From contig NC_087437.1 in the NCBI RefSeq assembly GCF_036321535.1, forward strand, positions 87,360,001 through 87,424,000: a DNA stretch of 64,000 bases, given 5' to 3'. The notes under the pieces are model-generated. The model saw only the letters and a program-made list of their open reading frames with translations. It was not told the origin of the DNA and searched no databases. Both the position numbers and the translations under genes were made by a program. The stretch comes from Camelus dromedarius. Lineage: Eukaryota. Positions 26,150-38,399 of the stretch are shown here, in pieces. How positions within the stretch are numbered: the stretch's first letter is position 1; each line of letters starts with the position of its first letter.

Positions 26150-26283
26150 TGCCAGTGTTCCCACTAGACTATAAGCTCCATGACATACTGATGACATTGC
26201 AGTTTTATCTATCATTGTGCCTTAAATACCTAGCATAGTTCTAGGTACATAATAGCCACTCAGTGAATATTTGTTGAATGAAA
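26150..26283 (+). mobile_element. L2 3' end
   Basis: 'ccactagactataagctccatga...cctagcatagttctaggtacataatagccactcagtgaatatttgttgaatgaa'. Confidence 0.85.
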
Positions 26284-28949
26284 GAAGAGTTGGTTCCTAA
26301 AGAGACAGCTCTCTTTCTATGATGCAGTTGTATGTGAAAACAAGAGTTCTTTCATAATATCCCAGTGACAGAGACAGGAGAGCAGTTCATCTACTGAAAT
26401 ACATCCTAGATTATAAGGGAACCCTCCCTACATGGTTGACTTATCACCACTTGGTCACTTGAGTTGATGGATCTTTGCAATCAGATTAACTTGGCAGCTT
26501 TCTATCTTGTACCACTTTTTTTTATGGCGATACCATTACTTCTTATAAAACTTTTTTCTACCTTATGGCTTTTGAAAGAAATATAAGCTAAGAACATTTG
26601 AGCATTTTAGTAAAAAACATTACACCGTTGTTTGAGGAGAATGTAACATTGATTGTTAATATTCATGAAAAATGAATCATTTGTTTGCCCTCATTTCATG
26701 CACAGAATTCACCATGACATCAGCGGGAGCTTTTTACAACAATAAATCTGTGCCAAATAATGAATTACATTCCTCCATATTAAATTAAAATGTGCACATT
26801 GGAGAGGTTTAATTTTAAATTTTCATGACCAATGGAAATGTGGACACTAAACTGAAATAAAGTTCAACTGCAAAGAAAAACCTCTAGCCTTGACTTTCCT
26901 AGGATTTTCTTTCTGTTTTCTTTCTTATTTAGCAAATTGTTGATAAGCCTTTAACTTGGGGCATTGCTATCAGAGTGCTGTCTTATGCTTTTTGAAAGAA
27001 GTCCACCTTGATGATGGGTATTTGTATTATTTTTGATAACTGAATATACATGTATACTTCCCACATGCAGAAAAGCAGTGAGGAAAAAAAAAAAAACGTA
27101 AGAAAACAAGTGAAATTAAACATCCTAACAACACTCTCTCCAACAAGTGAACATAACTCATAATTTCAGAACATTATTTTCTAGTAAATGCTGGCATGTT
27201 ATCTAAACTGAGTTAATGCACCAGTTTCTTAGATTCTGGGGTAGTAGTATCATGCACCTACCTACAGAAGTCCTGTAAACTCAAGAGTTCTTAAGAGAGT
27301 TTGATAAAACTTTCAGTTATTGTTTTATCACCATCATAAAACATTAGCTAAAAGTACAAAATGGCATATCTCTATTCTTCTCTTATCAGTGTGGGGTTCT
27401 CCAAATAATATCCCCAGCACAGGAAGCATGAAAATACTGTGCTTTCATTTCAGCCCTAATAAGAATGGAAAACATCAGGTGATTCTCATGTCCTATCCCG
27501 GGCCACTGCTGTAGGCATCATGGTGATTGATTTCATCCTGCAGTCTTCAGTTTACAGGAAGTCCATATAAATCAACCAGAATATGGAAATTCATACCTCC
27601 CAGGAGTAACAGATTAACTGATTCTAAATTGGAGAGAAAAAGAAAGGTCAATCAGAAAGCATCAATGAGGAACACAGGAAAAATATGCCCGACATTGCGT
27701 ACTTTCTTTAGAGGGCTACAGTATGGGTTCTTTTTATTTATTTTTTCTGACTCAGAATGGCACATCTAGGAGCTTGCAGCCACAAACATGAATACTTGGG
27801 AACTTAGAGGGTTATTGCCTTGAGGGAGTCTTTTGCCTTTTTAAATTCAGATATGAGAAAAGCCAAGGAAACTCTCTTTCCAGAAGTATCTGTATTCAGA
27901 CAGGTTTTCATAACAACAGAAAGAATTCTGCTCCTGAAACTGTAGTGTAAGATGAGGCTGGCTTCCCATTAGGAAGACAACTTAGAGTAAAGAGAGGCTC
28001 CAAGAATTCAGATGGAGGCCAGCTGGAAACTACGGGAACAGAGTTCTTATCTGCACTTCCGTGAGGTCTAAATGTCTTCACTCTTTTCAGAATAGTCCCT
28101 AAAGACATAGTGTCTCTAAATGACCTCTTTTACCCTGTGGTCAACCTGAGTAAGAAACTGAAGTAAAGCCTCATGGAGACTGTGAATCCAGCCAGTTAGA
28201 AACATAAACTACTCTTGATCCGCTCTCTGACCTCTTGGGTTGGAGTAAGTACAACTCAGGGTGGAAGGCAGAAAAGGATACCTACACACATGGAGACCAG
28301 TTTGTAACTTAGTGTATACAAAGGAGCAGTTACTTTGTGGGCAGCCCAGGATGTATGCTGGCAGAGTACCCCTGGTTTATCCAAAATATGTCATCTGAGG
28401 GAATAGGAGAAACTTCAAGAAAGCTGTTTTTTTAAACCAAATACCACTGAAACCATTGTTCATACTTCCTGGAGAGAAAACTATTCCTAAGCTATGTCAT
28501 TGACCAGTGGATATGTGTCAGAATTAATCATAGATCTTTTGGGGGATGATACTGAATTAACACAATAAGAAAGAAATCTGTCAGAGCTAGTCTAGGATAG
28601 AAAAAAATAGGGACGACAACTCGGGCTTGTTTCTGGATTGGGGCTCGAGTCAGGCCCGCAAATGGTGCCATAGATACAAGAGACAAAGGAGGTGGCACCG
28701 TCAGCCAATCCAAAAGAGACCTGGTAAAAATCTCTGAAAAAGAAACAAAATAATGAATAGATACATACAACTTAAATATGCTCACCATTCTCCACAAAAT
28801 GGTATCTTTGTGTGTCTTTTCTTTATTGAAAGAATGCTCTAGGTGTTTACCTATGTATCTTTCTTATCTAGTGAGCAGGACTGGCCTATAAGTGAAATTT
28901 TGCTGAATAATTTGTTTCAATAAAATGCAAAGTTAATTGATGTTGAACC

Positions 28950-29150
28950 TTGTTCATACATAAGGGACTATTCTAGATACTTTATAAATAATGCTTTTGT
29001 TTCTTACAAGAACCTTGCAAGGTTAGTGTTGTTATTACTTTCTTTTTTGAGATGAATAAATTGAGGGACATAGAGTTTAAATATCTTGCCTAAAAGCTCA
29101 TATCTATGAAGAATTAAAGATAGGTTTGGAACTCATGTCAGTTTGACTTC
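28950..29150 (-). mobile_element. MIR
   Basis: 'cttacaagaaccttgcaagg...gatgaataaattgagggacatagagtttaaatatcttgcctaa...tttggaactca'. Confidence 0.8.
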
Positions 29151-32100
29151 ATAAAGTCATATGAAGTTTATTCTGTTAGGCCGTTTTTCCTGTGGTGGTT
29201 ATGCATAAACCAGAGGTTGAAAAATTTCGAAATATTAGATATTTTTTATCATAAAACTAAGATGTAAATCTTTTGATATCAGAACAAAATAAAGTTGAAA
29301 AGAGCAAATTTCACAACAATGAATTTCTAAGTACCAAAATATCGTGCAGGTAGTAAAACTGACCACTGGCCCCAAACCAGGTTGAAGTGACGGCGATATG
29401 CCCCTGGGCTCTGAATGAACAAAGAACTCTTCTCTCCAGCCCTCAGAACAAATAAATTTTATCTGAAGGTAAAAAGAACAGCCAAGTACATTAATACAAA
29501 ATTTTAAGAAAGAGAAAAATAAACATTTGTGTCTATTCATTCTGAGAATGAAAAGACCAAAAATAATTTAAAGTCTTGATGCTCAGCATTCACTGTTTGG
29601 GAAAGATACTTTTTTCCCCTGGAGTCACAGCCCAAGATTATTGAATATGAGATCAACACAAGTGATACTCTTTGCTGAAAGAAATAAACCATCACGGACC
29701 TTCAGGTGGGCAATGGTAGATGTAATGGGACCATTCGAGCAGAGAATTTTTGGAATTAATGGTGTTCCTATCACTTTGTGCCAGAGCTTCTCCCTTTATG
29801 TTCAGTCTGTTAAGTAGGTGGAAGAATTCAGAGGGGAAAAAAAAAGAAGAGCCATATGGAGGGACTGCTTACCCCCTCAAAGCCTTAATAAATTGTTCAC
29901 TAGCCTGATCAACACATGCACACAAAACTCTTTAGTGGAGGTAATGTTTTCAACTTTGTGTAACGCCTGTCTACCATGGTTTAAAGAATGTCAGGAGAAA
30001 ATAAGATCAACTAGATGGCAAAGACAGAAAGGATATCCAAGGTACACGTTTGTATTACCAGCTCATTTCAGTCCAGGCCAGACTATAAACCAGGGTGCTG
30101 AGAATGATGTTGATCATGACAAGATTAGTGACCAGTGCTTTTCTTCTCCTCTGACAGTTTGCGGATACAGGATAGATTTACGAGTCCCTAGAGGACAGGA
30201 AGGCATAAACAACACTTGGCATCAGCATCGTGAAGTGCTGACATCACCAGGGCAAATCATCTGAGTGAGCCAGAAAATTAGAATCCAAAACTTAATTTCG
30301 TAGCACACTGCCATGCAAATAAGAAAATATGACACATCTCAAAAATGCTTCTGAAGTATAGTCTCCCTTATCCATTCACTTTTGTATTCTGATTGAGTAC
30401 ATTCTAAGGGATAAAATATTGCAAATACAACCTGTACAATTGGAGGACATGAGGGTTTGGGTATTGGCCCTGAAGTTGTAGATTAAGTAGCAACCAATAC
30501 TTTATTATGTTAATTACAAGCACCAATCACATGAAGGCGAAAACCAGTCTTCTGAACGTCAAGATTACAGACATACTCACGTGGTGGAATCCTGCCATCT
30601 CGGGCTTAGCGGCATCAGACTGACGAGCAAGCTGTGTCTGAGCTGTCAGATGCTACACCATCACTGCCAGCCCCACTCTTGACACCTCACTTATGTCTCT
30701 ATTTTGAAAAAAGGCAAAAGACCGATGTTTCCCAAATCTGTTTTCTGGCCCATATTTTCATTTTGTCATCAGCAATCTCATATATCAATAACTAGGAGAG
30801 CTGTTGCTCTGTGTTGAAGGAAGGAAAGAAATTCTGAAATATAATCAATTTATTTGAACACTTTTTCTGGTTTTACTTGGTAATCATTACAAGCTCTAAG
30901 AGGCACTTTTTCCCCCCAAATAATAATTCCCTCCTATTATTTGTCTTATTTCATAAAACTAATTTATGGTGACATTTTCAGTATCATTGCTGTATACGTC
31001 AACACTTTAGGATCAGTGACAGTTATTTTAGTGTTTTGAAGTATATAACCCATAGAAGCAACATATTTCTACAGTACCTATATTTTATATTTGATTTTTC
31101 TGTGTCCAATATTCAGTGCCTGGAAATCAGTAAAATCTGTATTTGTATGTAAATGTAGTATTTATCCCAGCAAAGCTTTGTTTTAAAAACAAGATCAACC
31201 AAAATATATAAGGTGGTTATACATACATTCAGTATTTAGTCACTGAGTGATATTAATAATATTGCTAACCAATAAAGGTGAACTATTTATTGAGAGCCTA
31301 CTATGTGCCAGACATAGGAACAGGTAAATTACATGCCAAACATGCAGCTGTCTTCTCCCCCACCCTCCCTGAGCTGGTGTCTCAGTTCTGAGCACTTCCA
31401 CAGTAGCTTCCTCTTACGGGAGGGTGGAACTAAGAGAGTCCATTCAGTGTCTACATACATCAGTATTCTTAGGATGCACAGATTTATTTCGCCATTGTGG
31501 AAAGCTAACCCCTTGTGTTGACATCTGCTGTTATTTCTTCATTTTCATCTGGTAGCCAGTCTAAAGAACATTTCTTACCAAATGCCCAAGTCCTACTACA
31601 AGACTCTTTTATACCAACAGGAAGTTCAGTTAACCCCCATCCTAGGATGAGGTGGGAAAAACCTCATGTCCATCCACAGGGTGTGATGAGAAGAATCGAG
31701 ATGCTCTCCCAGTTCACCCAAGAACCACAGGACACTTACTGGAGCTGCCCCTCCACCTCCTTGCCCTTGGCAACTAATGTAATTATTCCTTAACTGCTCC
31801 CCTTTCTGGGGGATATGGAAACTTCTGCCAGGCTTCTCTGCTCTCAGGTCCCAGAGGGGAAATTCTACGAAAGTTTTCAGCATGCTTGGATTCCCCAAAA
31901 GTTATGTAGGGTTCTCTAGGTGATGTGGTGAGACAGAAGTCCCCTGACAACTAAGTGTCCTGTTTTTTCTTTCTCTGGAAACAAACACAGGATGTTGGTA
32001 TCTATTCTGTAATGCAAAATACGTACATACAAAAAAAATGAATAAATACATTTTTAAAGCTACTTTGCAAGTATTTCTTCAAATATTATACTTTGACCCA

Positions 32101-32369
32101 GTCTATCAGGTTTCTCTCGGGACTGCATTAATTAACTGCTTTAGGGTGTTGGGAGCCTTTTAGTAAAAATGAGGGGGACAATATTGCAGAGTGGAAAACA
32201 TGTTAATGACTATTATACAACATTGTCTTATTACAAAAGAGAGAAAGGGAGATAGAATGTATTTAAATTGAACTTTTCTTTTTTAGGGTATGTTTCTTGC
32301 AATACATCCTCCAAACTGGGTGCTATAATAGAATTCATCAAATCACTCTATTTGTCATGTCCAGTGACC

Positions 32370-32475
32370 GCTACTTTTTAGATAAGGGAAACAAGCACAG
32401 AGAAATTAAGTAACTTTTTCAGAATTGCACAGATCCTCCTGTAAAAGCTCATGCTAGAATCTAGTTTTCCACTTC
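32370..32475 (-). mobile_element. MIR fragment
   Basis: 'ttttagataagggaaacaagcacagagaaattaagtaactt'. Confidence 0.7.
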
Positions 32476-35400
32476 TGTGTCCCGGGCATTGTCAAACTCC
32501 CACCAGTTTAGAGCTTCAGATAATCTTGTGTGTTTCTGGACTGTCTTCCCCTGATTTCCCCAGCTATGCCTATAGTTCTTTTCTAGTTTATTCTCTGCCA
32601 CTACTTAGATAAATATAAATCAGTGTTAATGTATACATAGTCAAGTGTTCCCTTTTCTCTCACGGAATTAAACCCTGAGGGACTGAGCCCTTCCTTCAGA
32701 TGCGCTGGCAATAGTAATAAATACTAGGTAGAAGCATTCAAGGAGGGGAAATGACCCCCTATGTCTTTTAGAGGTTGATTTAATGTAGCAAATACACTAT
32801 GCTTCACAAACCTAATGGTGGTTGAATTGACTATTAAAAGATTTTATAGACATATAAAAATTGTGGTATGATGTAATAGGCTTTGAAACAATCACATAAT
32901 TTCAAGCTCTTAATAAAAACATATTCATTCTATAAAAGCCATCATTAATACCTAAAATATAAAAGTAAAATATTTAATTTTAAAGTACTAGGTGCAACAG
33001 ACTTATAAAATTTTTCACTTTTACTATGGAGAATTAGAGAATTTAAGGTAGTATGTCCTCAGAGGAATGAAATGTAATAAAATGAACATTTTCAATGTAT
33101 TCAAATAAGATGAAGCAATTCAGAATGTTGAACTAAAAAATTTTCAAATTCCTTTAAACATAACATTTCTGTGATTTACTACCTAAAGAATGATGAAAAG
33201 CTTTCGATCATTGACTTCAGAAGTTTTTTTTTTTTTTTTGATAGTGGTAGTAAGGTACTCTATGTAACACCTAAGAAAGACATTAGCATTATTTATTAGT
33301 ACAATAAATCCTTAAATATTTAAATATTCTTTGCAACTGATATCAATGCATACTAATTTTATACATGATTGGTATAACAGAGAACCCTAGATGTCAACAT
33401 TGTTTAAAGTTTTGTTAGAGTATTTTCCCTTGGATATAATTCTCTTTGATATTTAAGAACCTTGTATAAAAATGCAGCGAGTGAGGTTCTTTGGCTATCA
33501 GTGGGAATCTGTTACGAGAGCCATTGATCTTTCCTCTTGGCAATGCACAGCCTTATTTGATTCACTGTTTTTTAATATCTGGGGAGCATTGTAGCACACA
33601 GAGTGCAGAAGTAGACATGAAAGGTTAGCGATTTGCCTTTACAAGACATGCCCTGCTTAATCTGTTATACTAATGCCTTTCATTGCATCACCCTGAAAGA
33701 TAAGAAACTTAAAGCCACATTTTAATAATGCAGCCTCATTAAAAATTCTAAAGGAAGGCTCATATTGGAGTTATAGAGAGATAACTGGATAATGCCTGAG
33801 GTCAATAAAATCTGAATTAATTTTTTCAAAAGATAACTTGAACCAACAGATTTGTGTATACGTGCCTTGTTTCCCACCACAGCTGAAGATTATGGAAGGC
33901 TTTTTTTTTTTTTTTTGTATTCGAGTCAGATAAATATCAAATTACATACATTCATAGATACAAAAGTAATTATCATGAGTTGCATTGATAGTATCATTTG
34001 TCACCAAAGGCATTAACTTACTGTTGTAAATCATTTACATTTTGCATCATAGTTAAATAGCTTTTGTGCCAGGCTTTTTTGTGGTCTAAAAACATTGACC
34101 AATGAGTTTTTTGTAAATAATAAACATTATCCACTGTTTATTATTTCCAATGGCATATGGCAAGCTATAATTTAAAATGCTGTAGGATTTTATTATTATA
34201 ATTACCATGTAATATTAAACCTTGGCTCATAGGAGCAATGCAGATCAACTACTGCTTAACATTATTGCATTTCAGAACTCTGAATAACCCTACCAAACAG
34301 TACGAGTTGCCTACAGATCGCCTGCATTCATATGACTTGAGACCGCAGTCTTGGGATTAATGCCAGGTTTCCTATGTGTGGAACACTTTGCTGTAGATAT
34401 AAGGTATCCATGCATATGTGTGTGTGTAACGAGAAAGAGAGAAGGAAAAAGAAAGAGAAAAAGAAGAGAGAGAGAGCAGGGAACAAGCAAAATCAAAACA
34501 AAGAACGAACAAAATGAGAAGGGAATGAGGAACGAGGAAAAAGCTACCTTTTGGGTTCACTTACTAAAAGCACCTTGCTCTTCACAGAGCAATTTAGCTT
34601 CCCAGGCACAACATAGTACTTTCCGTTCAGGAAATACTGCTGCTGCACTATCAGGAGTCCCGGGTGTTACAGCTGTTATTTCGAAGACTTCAGACACGTG
34701 TTTTCACCTTCTTTATGACCAAAGGCATTTACTTATTTCCAAAATGACCTGTTGGAGTCACGGGTGCCCTAAATAGACTTTACAAAGTTAATAGTTACGA
34801 TGTTGAGGTAGGTCTTGGCACGTAATTGGGGGTTGACAAATGTCAGTAATTACTGTTATTCACCCTTCAGACTTCTTATTGTGTTCAAGAAATAGTTATC
34901 ATTTTATAACAACAGTAACCGTAACACAGTCAGTATTTATTTAGCCTGATACTCTACTAAATATATATGTGTATAAAAGATATAGATATACATATGTAAT
35001 TAATAAGACCTATAAGGCAGGGATCATCACAAATAGCTTATTATTACAAGATAGATATATTACTGACGAGGAAACAGAGGCCAGAGATTAGCTGTTTTGC
35101 CTAAAGCCTAATAAACTTTGGGACTGTTTATTTGAATGTTAAAAATAATGTTTTTACTGCTGTGTCCTTCAATCCATAGTCAATTAACTTTAATGTGCTG
35201 TAATTTTACTTTAATTTTGGAGAGATGCTCATGTCAATCTCTACCTGAAAGCTCTTTCATTTCTAGTATTAATCCCGCCCACACTCCTACCGTGAATTAT
35301 TTCCATACACTCACATTTCTACAGGGGCTGACTAGCTAGTTTTACTGCCTCCTGTTGTTCCAGCCTCTCTCTCTCTCACCATTAGTGGATTTACCTTCCT

Positions 35401-36224
35401 AAAGTCATTACTTTATGCTAACCTCCTAAAACAAGTGGAATTCATATGTTTGCTGGCAGCACTGGAAGTCCAATAGGCATAGCCTTTTGGAGTCTCACTT
35501 AGGAAATATTTGTCAAAGTTCTCAACTAGTTCTTGTACATCAAGGAGAAATTCAACACCTGGGTATCTACCATACTGTATTTTTCTAATACACAGTAAAG
35601 CTTGTTGCATGATTGTGTTCATCACATTATCAGTGTCCTGCAGATGACTGCTTATGAATGTCCTTAGGGCTTGAATAGATTTTTAATGTAATGGCCTCCA
35701 GCATGTACTTTGAGAAAGTCACCTGCCCTCCAGGACTGTTGACAATACTAAGGAGGCTTCTATTTCTCTTGAGCACAGATTGTGTCAATGACCTGATTCC
35801 TTTGCATTCTCAGTATCTACTTCCTATTTTGTCTTTAAAAACTATTTTTATTTCTGTGCCATTTCCCCTCATTCTAGACCCTACCCCTATTCCTTCTTTA
35901 AAGTACAACTTCTCTAAAATTTATTACTTAAAGTACCATTGTGGGGAAACACATTTTTAACTGATACTTGATGCATTGGAGGAGGATATACACTATGGTT
36001 AGTAAAGGCAATAACATAAATGCAATATTAGGCATTATTCAACATTGTGCAAAAATTTGCCAGGTGTTTTTCACCATTTGGGTATCTCCTTATAACCCCT
36101 AGCTTCTTGCTATAATCTTGAAATCACTTTTCATATTGTGTCTTCTCTCCAGACTTTCTCTCCTTTTCCAGAAGCTCCCTGGAAAACATCTACTTCTGCA
36201 TATTTAAACAAAGTGTTGTCTTGA

Positions 36225-36430
36225 TTCAATAGATCCAAACTGGAAACCAGGAATCTGCATTTTAATTAAGGTGACATAAGGTACTTTTGGCTTTCACCTA
36301 CTCTTCTGGCATAATTATAAAACCCTTCTGTTTCTCAGAAGGGTCCTGGTCTGGAAGATGCATTATATGGTCATCCTAAATTAACAGATGTTTCTGGTGA
36401 TTCTGGAGTAGTTGGTCCATGAAGCACACT
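36225..36430. mobile_element. MER5A-like MITE split by a MER94 insertion
   Basis: 'ggaatctgcattttaa' and 'aacag...ggtgattctgga' flank the inserted element. Confidence 0.55.
36268..36377 (-). mobile_element. MER94 (hAT-Blackjack MITE)
   Basis: The minus strand reads aggatgaccatataatgcatcttccagaccaggacccttctgaga...ataattatgcc...gtcacctt, matching MER94 termini. Confidence 0.7.
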
Positions 36431-38399
36431 GTGTGCTAATGCTTGTCCTCATCAAGGAAGGAGAAGAATGGATCACTGTTCCTCCTCCTCAAATGAGGCA
36501 ATATGTAGCTATCATATAAAACAGGAAAACGTGAATGTGGAGCTGGAAGGTTCAAAATATGCTCTCTAGCATTTTCCTTATTTTCATGCATTTCACTTAA
36601 AAAATTTTTTTTTCATCTGCAAGCTCTTAACGTCTGCAAAGGGTTTTACAGAATGGAAAGCCATTACTGTTACCTAAGGCCATAAGATTGTTTGAGGATT
36701 GATAGCATTTAAACCATCAGTCAGGTGAAACTGTCATGTTCACTGTCTCCAAGTGTGTGAAGTCTAGTGTCCAGAGATAATTCTGATGGCCATAAGCAGG
36801 CACTCAAATTTCAAATGATCTTTAAATGTGTTAACACCATAACATACGTGTTAACTCATGTGTTAACAAGGAACTATCTTATATTACCTTTTTTCTTCTT
36901 CTCCAACTTGTTAACTTATTGTAAAAACTGAAAATTCAAAAACTAACAATAATTAGAAAGTTTCCAAGATCAATCCCCTTCAATGATTTCAAGGAAAAGA
37001 AATATACACATACAGGGATTGTAAGACATTCTTTTATCAAACATCTCGCTAAGGATTTTCATATTAATTGGATGATACAGTTAACATATATTCCAGTAAA
37101 CCTACCCTGACCTACTAAAGTGATAATAAACCTTGGAGGATAATGCTGATGTTGGTAAGATTGTCTTAGTGATGTGTGGAGTGAGAAAAAAACATCAGTT
37201 TCAAGTGGTATTTTCATGAGTCTCTACAGCATCTTGACATCCTTATTTAAAAAAAGTCTGTTCTTGTGATTTGTTCTAATAACAAACTCCAATAAATATC
37301 TCTTCTTTTATAAGCTTAGATAAAATTTTAACTGAGAAGAATGAGGAAAGTGTTGATTGGAAAAATATTTCCTAGTGCTCCTAAATACCAATTTACCATA
37401 CATGATTTCACAAGCATGGGGCTGTTCCTTATGTGAACATGATGTAGTTACTGAACATGTAGTTGCATAAATATGGAATACCCTGGGGGTAACGGCACAA
37501 TTTACTGCCTTGCTTTTCCTTTGGAGTTCATTTCAATGCTTAAGACGACACTGATTTGCTGCCTTGTGCCTGGCCTGTATATATCTTCAGCTACTGAGTT
37601 AATAACACCCAGGGGAAATCTGGCCCACTGCTAAATGTGTTTAGTCCTTTATATTCTTACATCCACTGAAAATCAGTATTGGCATTTTCAATGTATTTAT
37701 TAGGCAAACCGTTAATGTCAACCCACAAGTTTAGGTAGGATGTCTTATGTAAATCATCTCTACAGTCATGCTTTGCACAACGATAGAAGGACATATTGTT
37801 CGTACACAACAGAGCACAGATATTCACCATATTGATAGTTTCCATAATAGCTGTGACATAAACATCCATGTCCTGTTATACTTAAATAAGAAATTAATAT
37901 ACTTCCAGAAGATACACTAGGACTGTTTTTGTAGAATTCATGAGACAGTAAAGTATTATGGAGAGAAAGGAGATTTTTGAACCAAATCCTGAATTCTTTC
38001 TTTAGATGTGTAATTTTCTCAAGTTGCAAGTGTTTTTGTAACTTTAAGATGAAGAGTATTAGAAGTACTGCAAAATATCATGGCAGTTGTCTATTCATTC
38101 CATCAAAAAAAAAAAATAGGAAGTCTGAACATTCTAGAAATAGATCTAGCTTTTTAGATTTCCTTGCCTCTATCAACAGAGTCCAGTGGGATCTTCAGGC
38201 ATTAGGCCTAGGACTGTGCTTTCCCACCAGCCATCTGCAGAGATCGAGAGGAGAGTCCCACATGCTTGGGGGGAGACTACCCTGCCCCAGCCACAAAACT
38301 TCCATTTGCAGCAATTAAAGAGATTCCTAAACTTTTAATACCATCCAACTCCTTAATACTCAAATTCTCACCAACATTATATGCCTTAAATTCAAGACT

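Noticed and set aside
29818..30264. 148-aa plus-strand ORF
   Set aside because: Non-ATG start, no recognisable domain and no convincing splice boundaries.
7545..30621. Shared 12-mer CGGCATCAGACT at 7545 and 30610
   Set aside because: Many 12-mer matches are expected by chance in 64 kb, and the flanks do not align.
34351..34776. 141-aa ORF with a basic K/R-rich tract
   Set aside because: The tract comes from GA-rich low-complexity DNA, and I see no protein similarity.
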